64,000 nt of DNA from Selaginella moellendorffii (GCF_000143415.4 NW_003314261.1:1564117-1628116); one strand, 5' to 3'; positions 22,753 through 35,824 are shown, numbered from the stretch's first letter. The notes: generated from the sequence alone by a model not told the origin. Numbers and translations: made by a program.

Positions 22753-25245
22753 ATGGATCGGCGAGCGCGAATTCTCGTCTTGTACGCGTCGCAGACTGGT
22801 AATGCCGAGGATGTAGCTGAGCGGATTGGCCGCGAGGCCGCGCGCCGCGCCTATCTTCCCCAAGTGATGAGTATGGATCGCTACGATCCGGTAAGGACTA
22901 ATCTCGCCTAGAATTTCTCATGGATTCGTCTTCTATAATCCTCAGCGGCAGCTCGCATCCGAAAATGCTGTGATTTTTGTGGCATCGACGACCGGGCAAG
23001 GGGATAAGCCAGACACTATGAAGGTTTGGTTTTTTTCTTTAGCTCCAATTTGTTTTGATTTGAGCTCTTCTCGATTTTGTAGAGGTTTTGGAAATTTTTG
23101 CTGAATAGCTCTCTGAGTAAGAGGTGGCTAGAGAATGTGAATTACGCTGTTTTCGGACTCGGTGACTCGGGGTACCAGAAGTTTAACGTAAGCGACCATC
23201 GCTTTTCTTCGATTCCTTAAAGTCATGGCTTTCTCTCTATCTATCTTTGCAGTTCGTCGCTTTGAAACTTGATCGAAGATTGGCGGACCTCGGAGCAAAG
23301 TCTATAGTTTATAGAGGGCTGGGGGATGACCAGCATCGTTCTGGGTAAGTTCTATTCGCAAGTTTTAAGTTTTTAAGGCAACTGTGATTTTTAGATACGA
23401 AGGAGCATTGGACCCATGGCTCACTTCTTTGTGGTCCGCCGTGCGTGGAATTTATGGTAGAGAAGAAGCGAGCGAACCCGCTAATGATACAGCTTGGCAG
23501 CTTGATCCTCCCAAGTATAAAATAGTTTATCACCAGCCTCACATCTCATCTGTTGCAGAAGGCTATAGCACAGGTTTTCTTTTTTCATTTAGTTCATGAG
23601 CTTTAACTAACTAGGAAGACAGATGTGCAGAGAAAATGGATTGAGCACGACCGAGCACGGACCATGATAGAAGTTGCCAGTGGCTCCTTCAATCCGCCAA
23701 TTGCCGATGACAAAAACTTTGGTCGGGTTCCCAACAATCCCGTCTTTGCACAAGTGGTTAGTAACAGCTTTTAGTTCTCTTAGATTACTTTCTACCGCGG
23801 ACGCTTCTTTCTTGCAGATTAAAAACATGAGGCTGACCGACACAAGCCACGAACAGGATGTTCGACACTTGGAATTCGACCTTGGTGGTTCTGTACGTTG
23901 GGAGTTCGTGTCCTAATCAGCTAATGCTACTGTTACAGGGACTAGAGTACGCTCCCGGTGACGTGCTTGGAGTTTTTCCAGCTCAAAGTGAGGAAGCTGT
24001 CTCCAGGTTTATGGAAAGATGCGGGTTGGATGAACCTGCACTCGTTTCGGTTAGAAACTGGAGTTAATATAGATGTGCCATCTCAAGACTCTTATTGATT
24101 TTCTCAGGTTGAACCAGCAAACGCTGTAGAAGGTTATCAAAATGTTGCTCCTGTCACACTGAGGACGCTTGTTGAGGCCGTGATGGACGTTAGTTCCGCG
24201 TCTCCCCGTCGCTACTTCTTTGAGGTATGTATGTTTGTCGATGAACAAAAGAAGCTAAGAAAACCTTTGTTTTCCCCGTCTGCTCTAGGTGATGATGCAT
24301 TTTGCTGAAGCAGAGCACGAGAAGGAAAGACTGCAATACTTTGCGACGTCCGAGGGAAGGGATGATCTTTACAACTACAACCAACGAGAGAGACGCACAG
24401 TAACCGAGGTTAGCTCTGGATCTGATTTCACCATAACGTAGCTGCCTGCTCGGCTTCTCTTTCAGGTGCTCGAGGATTTTCCTTCTGTCCGGCTTCCACT
24501 GGAATGGCTTGTGCAGCTTGTTCCGCGCCTTCGACCTCGATACTTCTCCATCTCGTCGTCTCTCAAAGCGCATCCCAATGAGATCCATCTCACAATGGCC
24601 GTGGTGCAGTGGACAACTCCCTTCAAACGGAAAAGGCAAGGCCTGTGCTCCACTTGGCTGGCCCAACTCGATTCCAAAACAGGTACCACAGCCTCTCACA
24701 TTTTTCACAAGAGCTCAGTTCCTCGTTTCCCAGGTGTAGTTCCAGTATGGGTGACGAAAGGAATCCTCAAGCTTCCTCGTCCTTCGGTACCGCTGATACT
24801 CGTCGGTCCGGGAACCGGCTGTGCTCCATTCCGAGCCTTCATCGAGGAGAGAGCCGCGATCGCTGCAAGCCAGCCAGTAGCTCCAATCCTCTTCTTCTTC
24901 GGATGCCGCTACAGCGCAAAGGATTTCCTCTACAAGGAACAGTGGCAGGCTTTCGCCCAAGATCGAGGCGTGCTCTCGCAGGAAAATGGCGGTGGCTTCT
25001 TCGTCGCATTCTCCAGAGACCAGCCGAGAAAGATCTACGTCCAGCACAGGATTCGCGAGCAGAGCAAGCTGGTTTACAAGCTGATCGAAGATGGGGCAGC
25101 GATCTTCGTCAGTGGCTCCGCCGATAAGATGCCGGCGGACGTAGCGCAAGCTTTCGACGAGATCGCTGCCGAGATGGGCGATCCTCGAGCGGCGCCTAAG
25201 AAGCTAGAAGCTCTCGGGAGATATGTAGTGGAAGTTTGGACGTGA
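22753..25245 (+). CDS. ATR3: NADPH-dependent diflavin oxidoreductase 1 (ATR3/NDOR1/Tah18), multi-exon
   Basis: LYASQTGNAEDVA, STTGQGD, FGLGDSGY, RPRYFSISSS, VGPGTGCAPFR, FFGCR, AFSRDQ, terminal EVWT. Confidence 0.93.
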
Positions 25246-25315
25246 ATGAGCTAGGAGGAATATTCGAGAGAAAATTAGGGTTCTTCCGACGAAAATTAGG
25301 GTTCTTCTAGGGGAT

Positions 25316-28300
25316 ATGGCGGACAGGAAGATTTCTTCACAGGACTGGGAGCAGATATTTCAGGATTTCCGGGGCTCGAGCGATGCTCGCGGGCGATGGC
25401 TGTCGTTCTACACGCCCGCGGGGCTCGTGGAGCAGGCATTGCAAGCGGTGGGATCCAAGAAGGATTTTGCGCTCAAGCTCCAGACGCTCGCGTTTCTGGA
25501 TGAGAATGCGGCGCTGCTCGTGGCGGACGATGCCGCGGCACTGGATCTACTGCTGGACACGCTGCGATCCACGCTCCAGGCCCCATCTTCCGCCGATGGG
25601 AACTCCTCCTCGTCCTCGATCAAGGAGCAGATGATGGTCACTGTGACGTCCACCATGGTGAGCATCGATGCGATCGGCAGCTCGCCGCGCAGCCTGGAGA
25701 TTCTGGTGGAGATGCTGCTCGTCTTCATCAATCGGCCAAACCATTCCAGCGAGCGCCATCTCCGAGCCACTGCGTGTGAGTGTCTACGCGAGCTAGAAAA
25801 GGACTATCCCTGCCTTCTCCATTCCAGCGCTGGCCATCTCCTAGCGCTGTGCCAGAGCGAGCGGACTCACGCGGGCCAAGCTTACACGCTCCTTCTCACC
25901 AGCGTTCTTCGCAACATAGCACTCTACATGCCTCTTCTACGATCTTTCTACGCTGGTACGTACTCCATCCTCTTCACCACCGTGCCTTTGATCCCATTCT
26001 CAATCTCGCCATTCCTCAGCAGTGTTTCTTCTCGCTCCTCGTCACCCGCAGTTTTTTCCTCGTCCAAGGATTTCTCCGAGGAATGCATGAAAGAGTTTCG
26101 TAGAGTGATATCTTTCCTCCTCGAGAAGCCGAGTCTCTTAACCGAGTGTGGGGTGGCCGAGTTTATATCCGATGTGTGTCGCACAGCCAGCTGCTTGGAC
26201 TTGCAACCCAGCTTGCTCAAGATCCAGTTCTGGAACCTCTTGCATTCTTTCAGTCCGATCTCCTGCCATGGCTTTCTCACCATCCTTGCTCGCTTCCCTG
26301 ATGCTTTCGAAGGAGAAGAGTCGATCGTATACAAGCGTCTTGTGTTGTTCTCGAGAGAGCTCTCTCAGCCGCTCACTGTTCGTCTCCTGGCCATACACTG
26401 GCTGCTGGGCGTCGAGAACTTGGTCACCTCCAGAGGCAGGGAAGGTGTTCTTCCGCTGGTGGCGAAGTCACTCTACCCGGAAGCTTTTGATCCGCTCTCG
26501 CTCAAGGCCGCAAAGCTGGAGTGCCTCGCTCGCTTTGCAGTGGTTTTCGACAGGCAGCAGCGAGAAGGCTCTTCCGAGAACTTTGTCCGCGTCATGGTCC
26601 AGGAAGATGCGACGGACATGGCCAGCAAGCTCTTGAAGGACGGACTGGTGTGCTTGTCATCTTACAAGTGGCTTCCTCCGAGCAGCACAGAGACGAGGCT
26701 GCTGTTCCGGACACTTCACAGGTTTTTGGTTTCCGGATACGAGCATTCTTCAAAGGTGGTGGCGGTGTTGGAAGATGGTGAAGCTCTGGTGGACTCTTTG
26801 CTCTTCAGGTCTCTACAGGATCACCTCGTCAGAATGGCTAGAACTGTGAGGAAACTCGTGGATAGAATCCTCGCTCTGCTGGACAGGTTTCTAAGCTGTG
26901 AGGCTCATCACGGCCTCGGTGAGCGGCTCTTGAGAACTTTCAGTGAGGATCTGGTCCCTGCTCTTCCTTCGAATTCGCAGCTCCCGGCCTACTTTCCGTT
27001 GATGGAGAGGATTGCAGAGAGTGGCAAGATTCCTCCCAGAGCGCTCATCAAATCCCTCGAAACTTATCTCAGGTTCAAGGTTGGCAAGCACTCTGGGATT
27101 AACGCTGCGAATTACTGGCTCCGAGGAAGCGAGGTTCTGGCCATCTGCCGAACTCTGCTTATGCATCACCAGAGCTCGAGAGTTTTTCGCCGGCTGACAG
27201 AGCTCTTTGGATATCTGTGCCTCTACTTTCCAGACATCGAGGTTCGAGACAATGCAAGGTAATCTTTTATCTTTTGCTCATGTGAAAGTGTTAAGAGTTC
27301 TCTCGGGTTTGTCTCAGGTTCTACCTCCGGATGCTGATATCAATCCCAGGAAATCGTCTGCGGGAAATACTTACGTACGGAGAAAGCCAGACAGAAGATT
27401 CAAAGCCACAGCTGCTGCATGTGTCCTCGTTTCTGGGATCGCCATCGCCTCGAGTCTACCTGGGAAAGAAGGCGTCCATACAGGTCTCGTCCTTTATCCA
27501 TCTCACCCGAGAGACTCCACTGCTGGTGCGAAGCTCGTGGTCTCTGGTGCTGCACGATACTTTCCAGCCCATTCTGGAGCCTGTCACGGCAGAAGATCAG
27601 AAGCCGACAGCAGCAGAACCAGGTAGTAGCCTCATCGCAATAACCGACGACGAAGTTCCTGGCGACTCGGATCATCCAACTTCGGACAATGTGCTGCGTA
27701 TGATGGATGCAAAGACTGCGGATACTCTCGCAGTTCTTCGAAGGCACTTCTCCGGGGTCTCGGAATCGGGTGTGAAGATCCAGGTGGTTTGCCGGTTGAA
27801 AGTGAAGTCACTGGAAGCAGCAACAGATAACGTGGACGCACAAAACTTGGCTGCCATATATGCTGCGGTCATCAGCTTCTCGACAAGTGGCTTGTATGGG
27901 CCTATACCGCTAGTCCGTGTTCCATTCCTCCTGAGCGAGCCTTCACACAAGCCAAAGTCTTCGGTGACGAGTCCGACCGCCAGTACCACGTCCGAAGGAA
28001 CCGAACGAAGAGTTAAGTTTCTGGAGCCGCCGCGATCAAGCCATCCCGAGGAGCAAACAGTCGAAGCACACAAGTTTGGCAAGGTGGTGACGATCGTGCT
28101 GGAGCCCCAGCAGCCGGTTCCAACTTTGGTCGACTGCCACATTGCTTTCACGGACGAGGACGCTCAGACCGTTCACGGGCAACTGGACAGCATTCCAGTC
28201 GGCATCGAGGACCTGTTCATGAAGCCGACGGTGCCGGCGAGCGTCTCCAACGAGCCGGAGTATCTCCTGAGCCTGTTCAACGCGCTGTGGTATGGGTGTA

Positions 28301-28875
28301 GCGGACCAGGGAAGCTCGGGACGGAGATCTTTCTCTTGAAGGATGGAAAGCAGGGGCTGGGCTTGCAGGGCTCGGAGTCCGTCAAGCTCCTGGAAGCTCA
28401 AGCGGACAGAGTTTTCTCGGCCGTGGAGAACTACTTGGCTGGTTTCGTGGTGTCCGTGAGCGGGACTTCTCTCAAGGAGATGGCGAGATACAGTGGAAAG
28501 TTTGACAAGAGCTGCTGGATCGAGGAGCCGTCTTGCTCGAGGAGCTCCTCGAGCGCTTCTTCGCAAACCGAGCTTGACAAAGTCGACGATCACGAGCAGC
28601 AGCAGCAGCAGCAGCTCTTGGATCATCCTCACCACGATCCATTCTCTCTGGAGAGCGATTTGCTGCTCGCGAGCGAAGAGTCCGCCGGCGGAGAAGAGCT
28701 CGGCTGCTTCATGGTGCTCGTTTTCCTTCCTCCAAGGTACCATTTGCTCTTGAGAATGGAGGTCTCGGATTGGTCTACCTTGATTCGCATTAGAACAGAC
28801 TACTGGCCGAGCCTAGCTCACGTTGACGAATTCCTCGAATCGTTCGTTATCCCGAGAACAAAGATGGATTTCTAG
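25316..28875 (+). CDS. AP5B1: AP-5 complex subunit beta-1 (2 exons; intron ~27259-27317)
   Basis: QDWE..DF, KEQMMV, INRPNH..R..ACECLRELE, DIEVRDNARFYLRML, FLPPRYHLL, IRTDYWP. Confidence 0.85.
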
Positions 28876-29369
28876 AGCGCTCCACATTTTTTGGAATAAA
28901 AAAGAGGGCAGAGAAGATTTAGGGTTTGTCCTTTTTCCAGCCTTTTTGGGTTTAGGGTTTGGGAGGAATATCCCCGAATATTCACCGATTGGCGTCGACA
29001 AGGACGACTTTTTGTGGCTATGGAACTTTACTCCGCCGCCGACGCCCGTGATTCATCCGAATCAGCTGTATGGGATCCTTGTGCCGCTCTGCTCACCTGC
29101 ATACGCCGCCGCTGGACATCATGTGTCCCGTCGACGATGGCTTCGTGGTGGTGGATTGGCTGGGATTCGAGACAGGCTTCCAAGCCAACCCTGGGGTCGA
29201 AGACGTGCAAACAGCAGTTGACACCAGGATGGTTCTTAGAGCTGCCATTGATCCCATCTTTCTTAGCGGACAAGTTTCGCAAGGTGGTGACGATCGCCGT
29301 GTCTCATTCTCTGAAAGCATATGAGCATATCTTCCAAGAAAAAAAAGAAAAGGCTACTAACCAGTGATT

Positions 29370-30430
29370 GCCGCTGTCCAAGCCGGTCCGCAAGCAATGC
29401 AAGGCCTCGACAATAGCCGGCTCTTTCCCGTTTTCCAAGTCCCATGACCAAGTTGGCCATTTCCACCATATCCCCATGTAATCACTTTCCCGTCCTCTAA
29501 GTGAAAGAAGTAGAATGTTACTTACCAAGAAGAAAAAACCAAGGTAAGAACTTACGAGTGAGAGCAGCGGCATGGAATCCACCACAAGCTACTTGCACTA
29601 GAGTCACATCTTCCAGAGCGGCTACAACCTTGGGCTTCCAGTTATTCGCTCTCGTTCCATGGCCAAGCTCATGGTTTGCATTCCCTGAACTTGAATCATC
29701 ACTCTTCTCCCAGCTTTCAGGAAAAGAAAAATACCTCCCCAGGACCATAATTGACCCGACTTAGTGAGAGCCATTGTGATAAATCCCCCGCAATAAACCG
29801 AGGCGATGAGAACGTCTATCGCTTGGACCTTCGTCGGCCTGCTCAATGCACCTTCGTCCATGATGTCCGGATTTCCATGCCCGAGCCTTCCTTCACCCTC
29901 GTCTCTCCCCCATGTGTAAAGCTCGCTTTTACAGAAGAAAGAAGAAGAAGAAAACAATGAGACTTCCTCAAGAAAAAAAGAGAACTTTGCTTGCCACTTT
30001 CCGTGACTGCGGCCCTGGCCGAAACGTGAACTATCCTGTCTTTCCACGGGCCTCCAACAATCAGCTCTCGCTCGTATGATCCATGGCCTAGAGCACCAAA
30101 AGCCCCTGCAAGCTTTGGCATCAACACATCTCAAACGCAAGAACAAAAAATAAAAACCAAGGATGATCTCACGTACCATGTATACACATTTCCAACCTCC
30201 GTGAGAGCGATGTTGTGCAATCCTCCAGCGCTCCCCATTTGGACCTCTTGATCCTGTTATTCACGGAAGGCTTGTACTGGTTAAACTCCGTGTCTATGCC
30301 CAGCCTTCCAGCATCGCCCTTCCCCCACACAAAAACATCCTGCTCGGCAAAGAGCACCGAATGGAAGAGCCCGCAAGTCACTCCAACGTTTCCCAGCCGG
30401 GGCTTGGCCTTCTCCACAAAGAGCGATGGA
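29370..30430 (-). pseudogene. RCC1-repeat RUG3-like pseudogene fragment with introns, a frameshift and deletions
   Basis: CGLFHS..WGKGDAGRLG; GGLHNIALT requires a frameshift near 30230; GFGALGH, WGRDEGEGRLG, CGGFITMALT, VACGGFH; N- and C-termini missing. Confidence 0.85.
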
Positions 30431-31416
30431 TCCAAGGCAGGCTAAATGTAAGAGACGAGAGACAAGCTCTTTTTCTGCTTTCGCGAAGGCCAAAAGACTA
30501 CTTGTTTTCTCCAGGAAAGCACAGCGTTGCTCGATGTAAGCCTTGGAATATAAATCGATAAGCGCGCGCATGCGTCGGATGAGACGGTTGGAAAACGACA
30601 GGCGGAGCGACTGCTATATAAGATCGCCGCCCCCGGCTGCCATACTCCTGCTAACAGTGCTTTTTCTTCTGGCTTTCCCGAGCTGTTGTTTTAGTGCGGA
30701 ATTCCAAAATAAGAAATTATTTCCATAGCTTATATAAAATGCCATTGCCTTTTTGGGTTAGGTATACTTTCCAGAACAGGAAGAGAGCATTAAAGGCGAG
30801 CAAGTGAAATATGTTTGAGGTGGACAAAGTAGTGCGTACGCGGGAAATGGTAGCTAGTGATCATGGATTGCAGGCTTTTACTGACGGATCCTTCAAGCAC
30901 GGAATTTTCGGAGGTTATGGCGTGTTTATCCCGAGAGTTTCTATGCGACTTGCTTGCGGGAGAAGGGCAAACGATAATTTATACACAAGCTCCACCATCA
31001 CGTTTGAGCTCCTGGGTTTGTTACGAGCCCTCGAAATCTGTTTGGAGATGGAATGGCACTGGGGTTTGTGGGAGCCAATCTTTATATACACAGACAGTTA
31101 TGATTCCCTGACGCTGCTGGAGATGTATGTGCAAGACCCAATAGCCTTGAGTCGCCACCCAAATGCAGATATTATTCAAAAGATTGTTTGGGTTGCAGGA
31201 ACATCATTTGTTCCAGTTCATTTTTGTAAGGTGAAGGGGCACTATGACATTGCTGGAAATCAGGTTGCAGATGAGTTAGCAAAGATTGGTGCACATCTAT
31301 TTCCAGGACACTCACAGCTTATGGATGCTGTGGCTGAGTTACAGTATGATCAACAGCAAAGCTATTCACGGCCTCAACAACTTGCAATTTATTAAAAAAA
31401 CAAAAAAAAGAAAAAC
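30428..31416 (+). repeat. Copy 2 of the dispersed inverted duplication
   Basis: Aligns to the reverse complement of 6800-7912; lacks ~110 bp present in copy 1 near 7570-7680. Confidence 0.92.
30811..31395 (+). CDS. Stand-alone intronless RNase H (RNase HI-like, 194 aa)
   Basis: All catalytic motifs present: FTDGS, TFELLGL, YTDS, KVKGH, GNQVADELAK; TATA-like TATATAAA at ~30731; A-rich run right after the stop. Confidence 0.88.
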   Translation: MFEVDKVVRTREMVASDHGLQAFTDGSFKHGIFGGYGVFIPRVSMRLACGRRANDNLYTSSTITFELLGLLRALEICLEMEWHWGLWEPIFIYTDSYDSLTLLEMYVQDPIALSRHPNADIIQKIVWVAGTSFVPVHFCKVKGHYDIAGNQVADELAKIGAHLFPGHSQLMDAVAELQYDQQQSYSRPQQLAIY

Positions 31417-32582
31417 GTTAGCCAAATTTTGTTTGTGAAACGGGGACTAAAAGTTTCTAAATGTTAATTTCCTTAAGCATTAAAGTGAAACAGTAGCCCT
31501 TCAAACTTTAAACGATGGAAAATGAATTTTCCATGCTCAACTGGAGTTGCACTCCTGGAATGGTATCCAGAGGAGCATCTGGTAGGATTTATTGCCGCGG
31601 AGTTACATTCTAATTGCCTCATGCTTCGGCAGCCTCGTGTGTGGCATTCATGGAGGTGACATAAACGACGACGACGCCCGATTAGCCAGGTCGCACGGGT
31701 TTCCAACTTGAGCACCAGTTCACTCTGCGAGTCTGTACACCGTTTATACTTGGAACTCGAGCCGCCAAGTCTGGGTGTCTTCAACTAGCAGCAGCTGACT
31801 GACAGGAGATCTAGCTGGGGAGCTCATCTTTCGGGGTAGCAAGTTGCAAGCTTATGACATTCACTCTTCAGAAAAACTGGTCCGCAATTCCAATTCCAGG
31901 TGAAGTTTGGAACGACTTTCTGCTGCCACTAGATGATTGTCTGCATCATCTCGCAAATCTCTTTCAGTCAGCATGCATTGAAGGGTGTTCAAGGAACACT
32001 AGCAGATTGGTGGAAGCAAGAGGAAGAGTCGGACATCATCAACCAAATTGATCTGGATTGCATCGTGTTCTGGACAGTTAGTCAAAATAAATGAAGGTGA
32101 TGTTTTTGCTAAGGTATCTAAAAGTCAATGAAAGTCAATAAAGCGTCAACAGAAAGTCAATGAAATCAATGCTGGCGATTTCGACGGTTGCGATTCGCCA
32201 CATTCCATTATGGAATGCTCTGCGTCGATGGACGGCCCAGATCTCCGCTAGAAAGCTTCTTTAGTTTATTGCTACAGCTCGCTCGATAACGACGCGGCAA
32301 CAGGATCGCGACGAGCCACAGTGTCTAGCATTCTCTTTTGAGGCGCCAGCGCTAAGATTAAAAGATTTTCTCGTCCACTGGGCCATCGATCAATCGCCGC
32401 CGCGGCAGCGCGCATTCCATCGAGGTGAGCTGGAAATCCATCGCTGCCAGGGTTCTTATCCCCTTCCTCGCTAGGGATCCTCCATTTCGAGGCCCCAATG
32501 CAGCTCCTCCACGCGATTAGGGCTCTCGGACAACGCATTTCCGCTCGGCATTGGAGCTCGCGTCGATGATACTCCGGCGGCG

Positions 32583-34716
32583 ATGGATCGCAGCTCCTCC
32601 TTTCCAGCTCGCAAGCTGGAGCACGATTCCGGCGGCGACGCGGCGGGGGCGCCATCGCTGGAGCACTGGCTGGTGGGATTTTGCACCATCAGGTTCGATT
32701 TAGAACAGGGACAGGTTGTGGAGGAATGCTACCCGGCCGGGGCTTTGAGCCAGGAGGAAGAGCTCGACGTGGCCTTCAGCTCCTTTCCAGACTCCATGGC
32801 CAACTCTCGAGCAAGCAAAGATTTTGGAGTGCACGACACAGTCTTCTTCTTTCGGACGCAACGACGTGGGTTGCCACTCGAGAACTCCATCTCTAGACGC
32901 AGCAGCTTGACAAGATCCACTTCCACGCTACCTTTCAAGGCCGACGATCAGGAGGGCGCTAGACTTTCGATCGACTCGGAGGTTCTCAAGAAGAAGAGCA
33001 ACGAGAAGAGCGTCGGCGTGAATGGGACGACGATCAATGGTCTCGGCAAAGGTGGCCAGAAGTATCTCTACGGCTTCGTCTTCAACAGGCAGAGATACGA
33101 CGCAAAGCTCAAGCGAGGTGGCGAGCAAAAGTCGGTGCTGGTTCTGTCCGAGCTGCCGCTTTACTGCGTCTTTAAGCCGCTGGTGGAGCTCCTGGGGCCG
33201 CTCTACTTTGAGAGCGGTGTGGCGGCGCTCGAGCAGGCCGCGCTACACATGTCTCGCTGGCCGCGGCCGAGGTTTGGGACGATGATGGAACTCATGCTCG
33301 GGAAAGTTGTGATCAAGTCACATCTTCCACCGCTTCACACGCTTCCGCCGGGGCCTGGAGCTTCCAGGGACGGGTTTACGAGCGCCATGGCTCCCGTGTC
33401 GCCGTCGAACAGGTCGGTTCCTCAGAGTATCTTCCACGACGTGAACCTCTACGGAGTTTTCAAGGGGCTCTTGGGGCATCTCTGGACGCTTTGGGAGCTG
33501 CTGTTGATAGGAGAGCCGCTGCTGGTGATCTCTCCCACGCCTTCTCAGTGCTGCGAGGCTGTTGCGGGGTTGATCAGCTTGATCGCGCCTCTGCCATGCA
33601 GCGTCGACTTTCGGCCGTACTTCACGATCCACGATCCGGGCTTCGCGTCGCTCAACTCATGCACGGAGGAGGACAGGATACCGCCGATGATCCTCGGCGT
33701 CACCAACGTTTTCTTCCTCAAGGCGCTCAAGATGTTTCCTCACGTCCTCTCGGTGGGAGCTTGCGGGAGCTTGGACAGGAAGAAGGTGGCAGGCAAAGCA
33801 ACGTCGCAGGGTCGTCTCCAAAAGCAGATACAGCTCGTGAGGCGGCTCTATCCAGCGAACTTGCTCGCCAGGAAAGAAGGACCGCTGTGCCTGATGGGAG
33901 AGCACAGGGAAGCGCTGTGGACGACGCACAGCCCCGCGACCAAGGGAGATGTCCAGGTTCTAAACAGGCTGGTGAACGCAGAGCCATCACTTTGCATCGA
34001 AGAATCGACCTCAGTCGTCAACAATGACGCCTTGAGGCGGCATTTCCTGGAGCTCACCACAAACTTCCTGGCACCATTCGGTCCTTACTTGCGAGCGAGC
34101 ACTCCCCAGGAAGGAATCTCGCCGTTCTTGGGGCCGCCGCCACTTCCACCGTTTGATGCGTTGACGTTCCTGGAAGCTTTGGCCGGAAGAGGTCCCGGGA
34201 AGTTTTTGTCCAAGCGGTCGAACACACACTGGCTCAATCTCTACAGGTTAGCTTACCTGTTGTAGTTTTTCTCCATGGTTTCTCTAAGAGATTCGTGCGT
34301 GCTTTTGGCAGGCAATTCTTGGAAGGACCGAACTTCATGCCTTGGTTCCAGAGAAGACGAGCTGTTGCCGAGCAAGAGCAACACCGTCTGTGGCGAGACG
34401 CCTGCAACAAAGCGGACGTTCGCGTGTTCCTCCGGAAGATGACGGAGGTGGAAGTCGTCGATTCGTTCAACGCTGTGGAGAGGCACCTCGCGGAAGAAAT
34501 CGAGGTCAGAAACAATCGCAGCACGATTGGTTTTGGATCAACCATCCTTGGATTGTTTCTACGCAGGTTTCCAGAGAGAGCGGCATCGACTTTAACAAGA
34601 CTAATGCGTTTGAGAAGATTACCGGCGATCTAAAAGCCATTTTCGAGTTCCTGCCGAAAGATCTCCAGGAGCTCATGTACCTGAATCCCCAGCGAGCAAA
34701 ATTCCTTCACTTATAA
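32583..34716 (+). CDS. DENND6-like Rab GEF (3 exons)
   Basis: FCTIRFDLEQGQ, AFSSFPDS, YGFVFNRQ..RGGEQKS, LWELLLIGEP, DFRPYFTIHD, LRRHFLELT, FLEGPNFMPW. Confidence 0.92.
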
Positions 34717-34996
34717 CACAGGATCAAATCGATCAAAGCGATGGAAGAAAGAAAGTAGTAAAAAGAGAAGAGATCGTTCACTTTTTCCAAGTGGGGATCA
34801 CCATAGAATACACAGAATGGACAGTGCATTGGATTATATCAGCAAAGTCTCTGGTGATTGCTCACATAGCTTTCACATATACAAACCAACACCATATAGA
34901 GTAGAGCCCCCCAATCTCTCTTCTTTTTTTTTTTGTGATTTTTCCGTGTCCTTGTTTGCTCTCCACTCAGCTATAGCTACATACCCCCACCACCAC

Positions 34997-35562
34997 TTAG
35001 AAACCGTGTATCTTGATTAGATCCTTCTTGACCACTCCGGCTTGGACGAGGAACTGCGACACATTCTTGCGCTGATCGCCCTGTAGCTGAATCACCTGAC
35101 CCAGCTCCGGATCTTGCACCACGGTGCCGTTGCAGCAGAATTCCTGCCAAACAATCGTCGCCCACGACGAGATTTAGAGCCAATTCGAGCCAATTCGATC
35201 GAGAGAAGAGGGGAATTCGCTCTAGTCTGAGAGGGGAAAGAGGGCGATGGATCTCTCTTACCTTTTTGAAGTCCTTGAGGATCTTGTTGTAATTAAACTC
35301 CTTGCGCAGGCCTTGGACGGTGGTCAAGCTCTTGCGGCCATTTCGCTGCTGGACTCTCACATGGACGTATTCCGCGGATCCAACACCACCGGATTCCTCA
35401 GCATTCGCTTCGGCAAAGGGATCTGGCAGACAAATCCGTGAGAAAGATGGGGAGAATCAACCTAATTGGGCGGGGCGAAGAGAATTGGGGGTTGGGGATT
35501 TCTTCCTCGATCCTCAGATCCTTACCGTAGGCGCCAGGAATCTGGATGTCAGCCTCAGACAT
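34997..35562 (-). CDS. SUI1: Translation initiation factor eIF1/SUI1 (3 exons)
   Basis: VHVRVQQRNGRKSLTTVQGL, EFCCNGTVV, IQLQGDQR, IKIHGF*. Confidence 0.97.
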
Positions 35563-35824
35563 GAACTTGATCTACTGTTGTTCTTGCCGCCGCTCACGAT
35601 TGAATCTAAGGCGCTTCGCTTCCCACAAACAACGAAGGGGCACGAACTGGAAAACCCTAGAAGACGGGTATCACATATATTATATTCTACCCTGCGACGT
35701 GGCGGCCGGCAAGTGGCTGGCGTTAGATTCCAAGGGTTTAGGGTTCTTCGACGCGCTTGTATGGCGGTGAGCGATGCGCCTGGCGGGAATGCGGGGGATC
35801 GTCGCGATTTCCTCGAGCGGAGCG

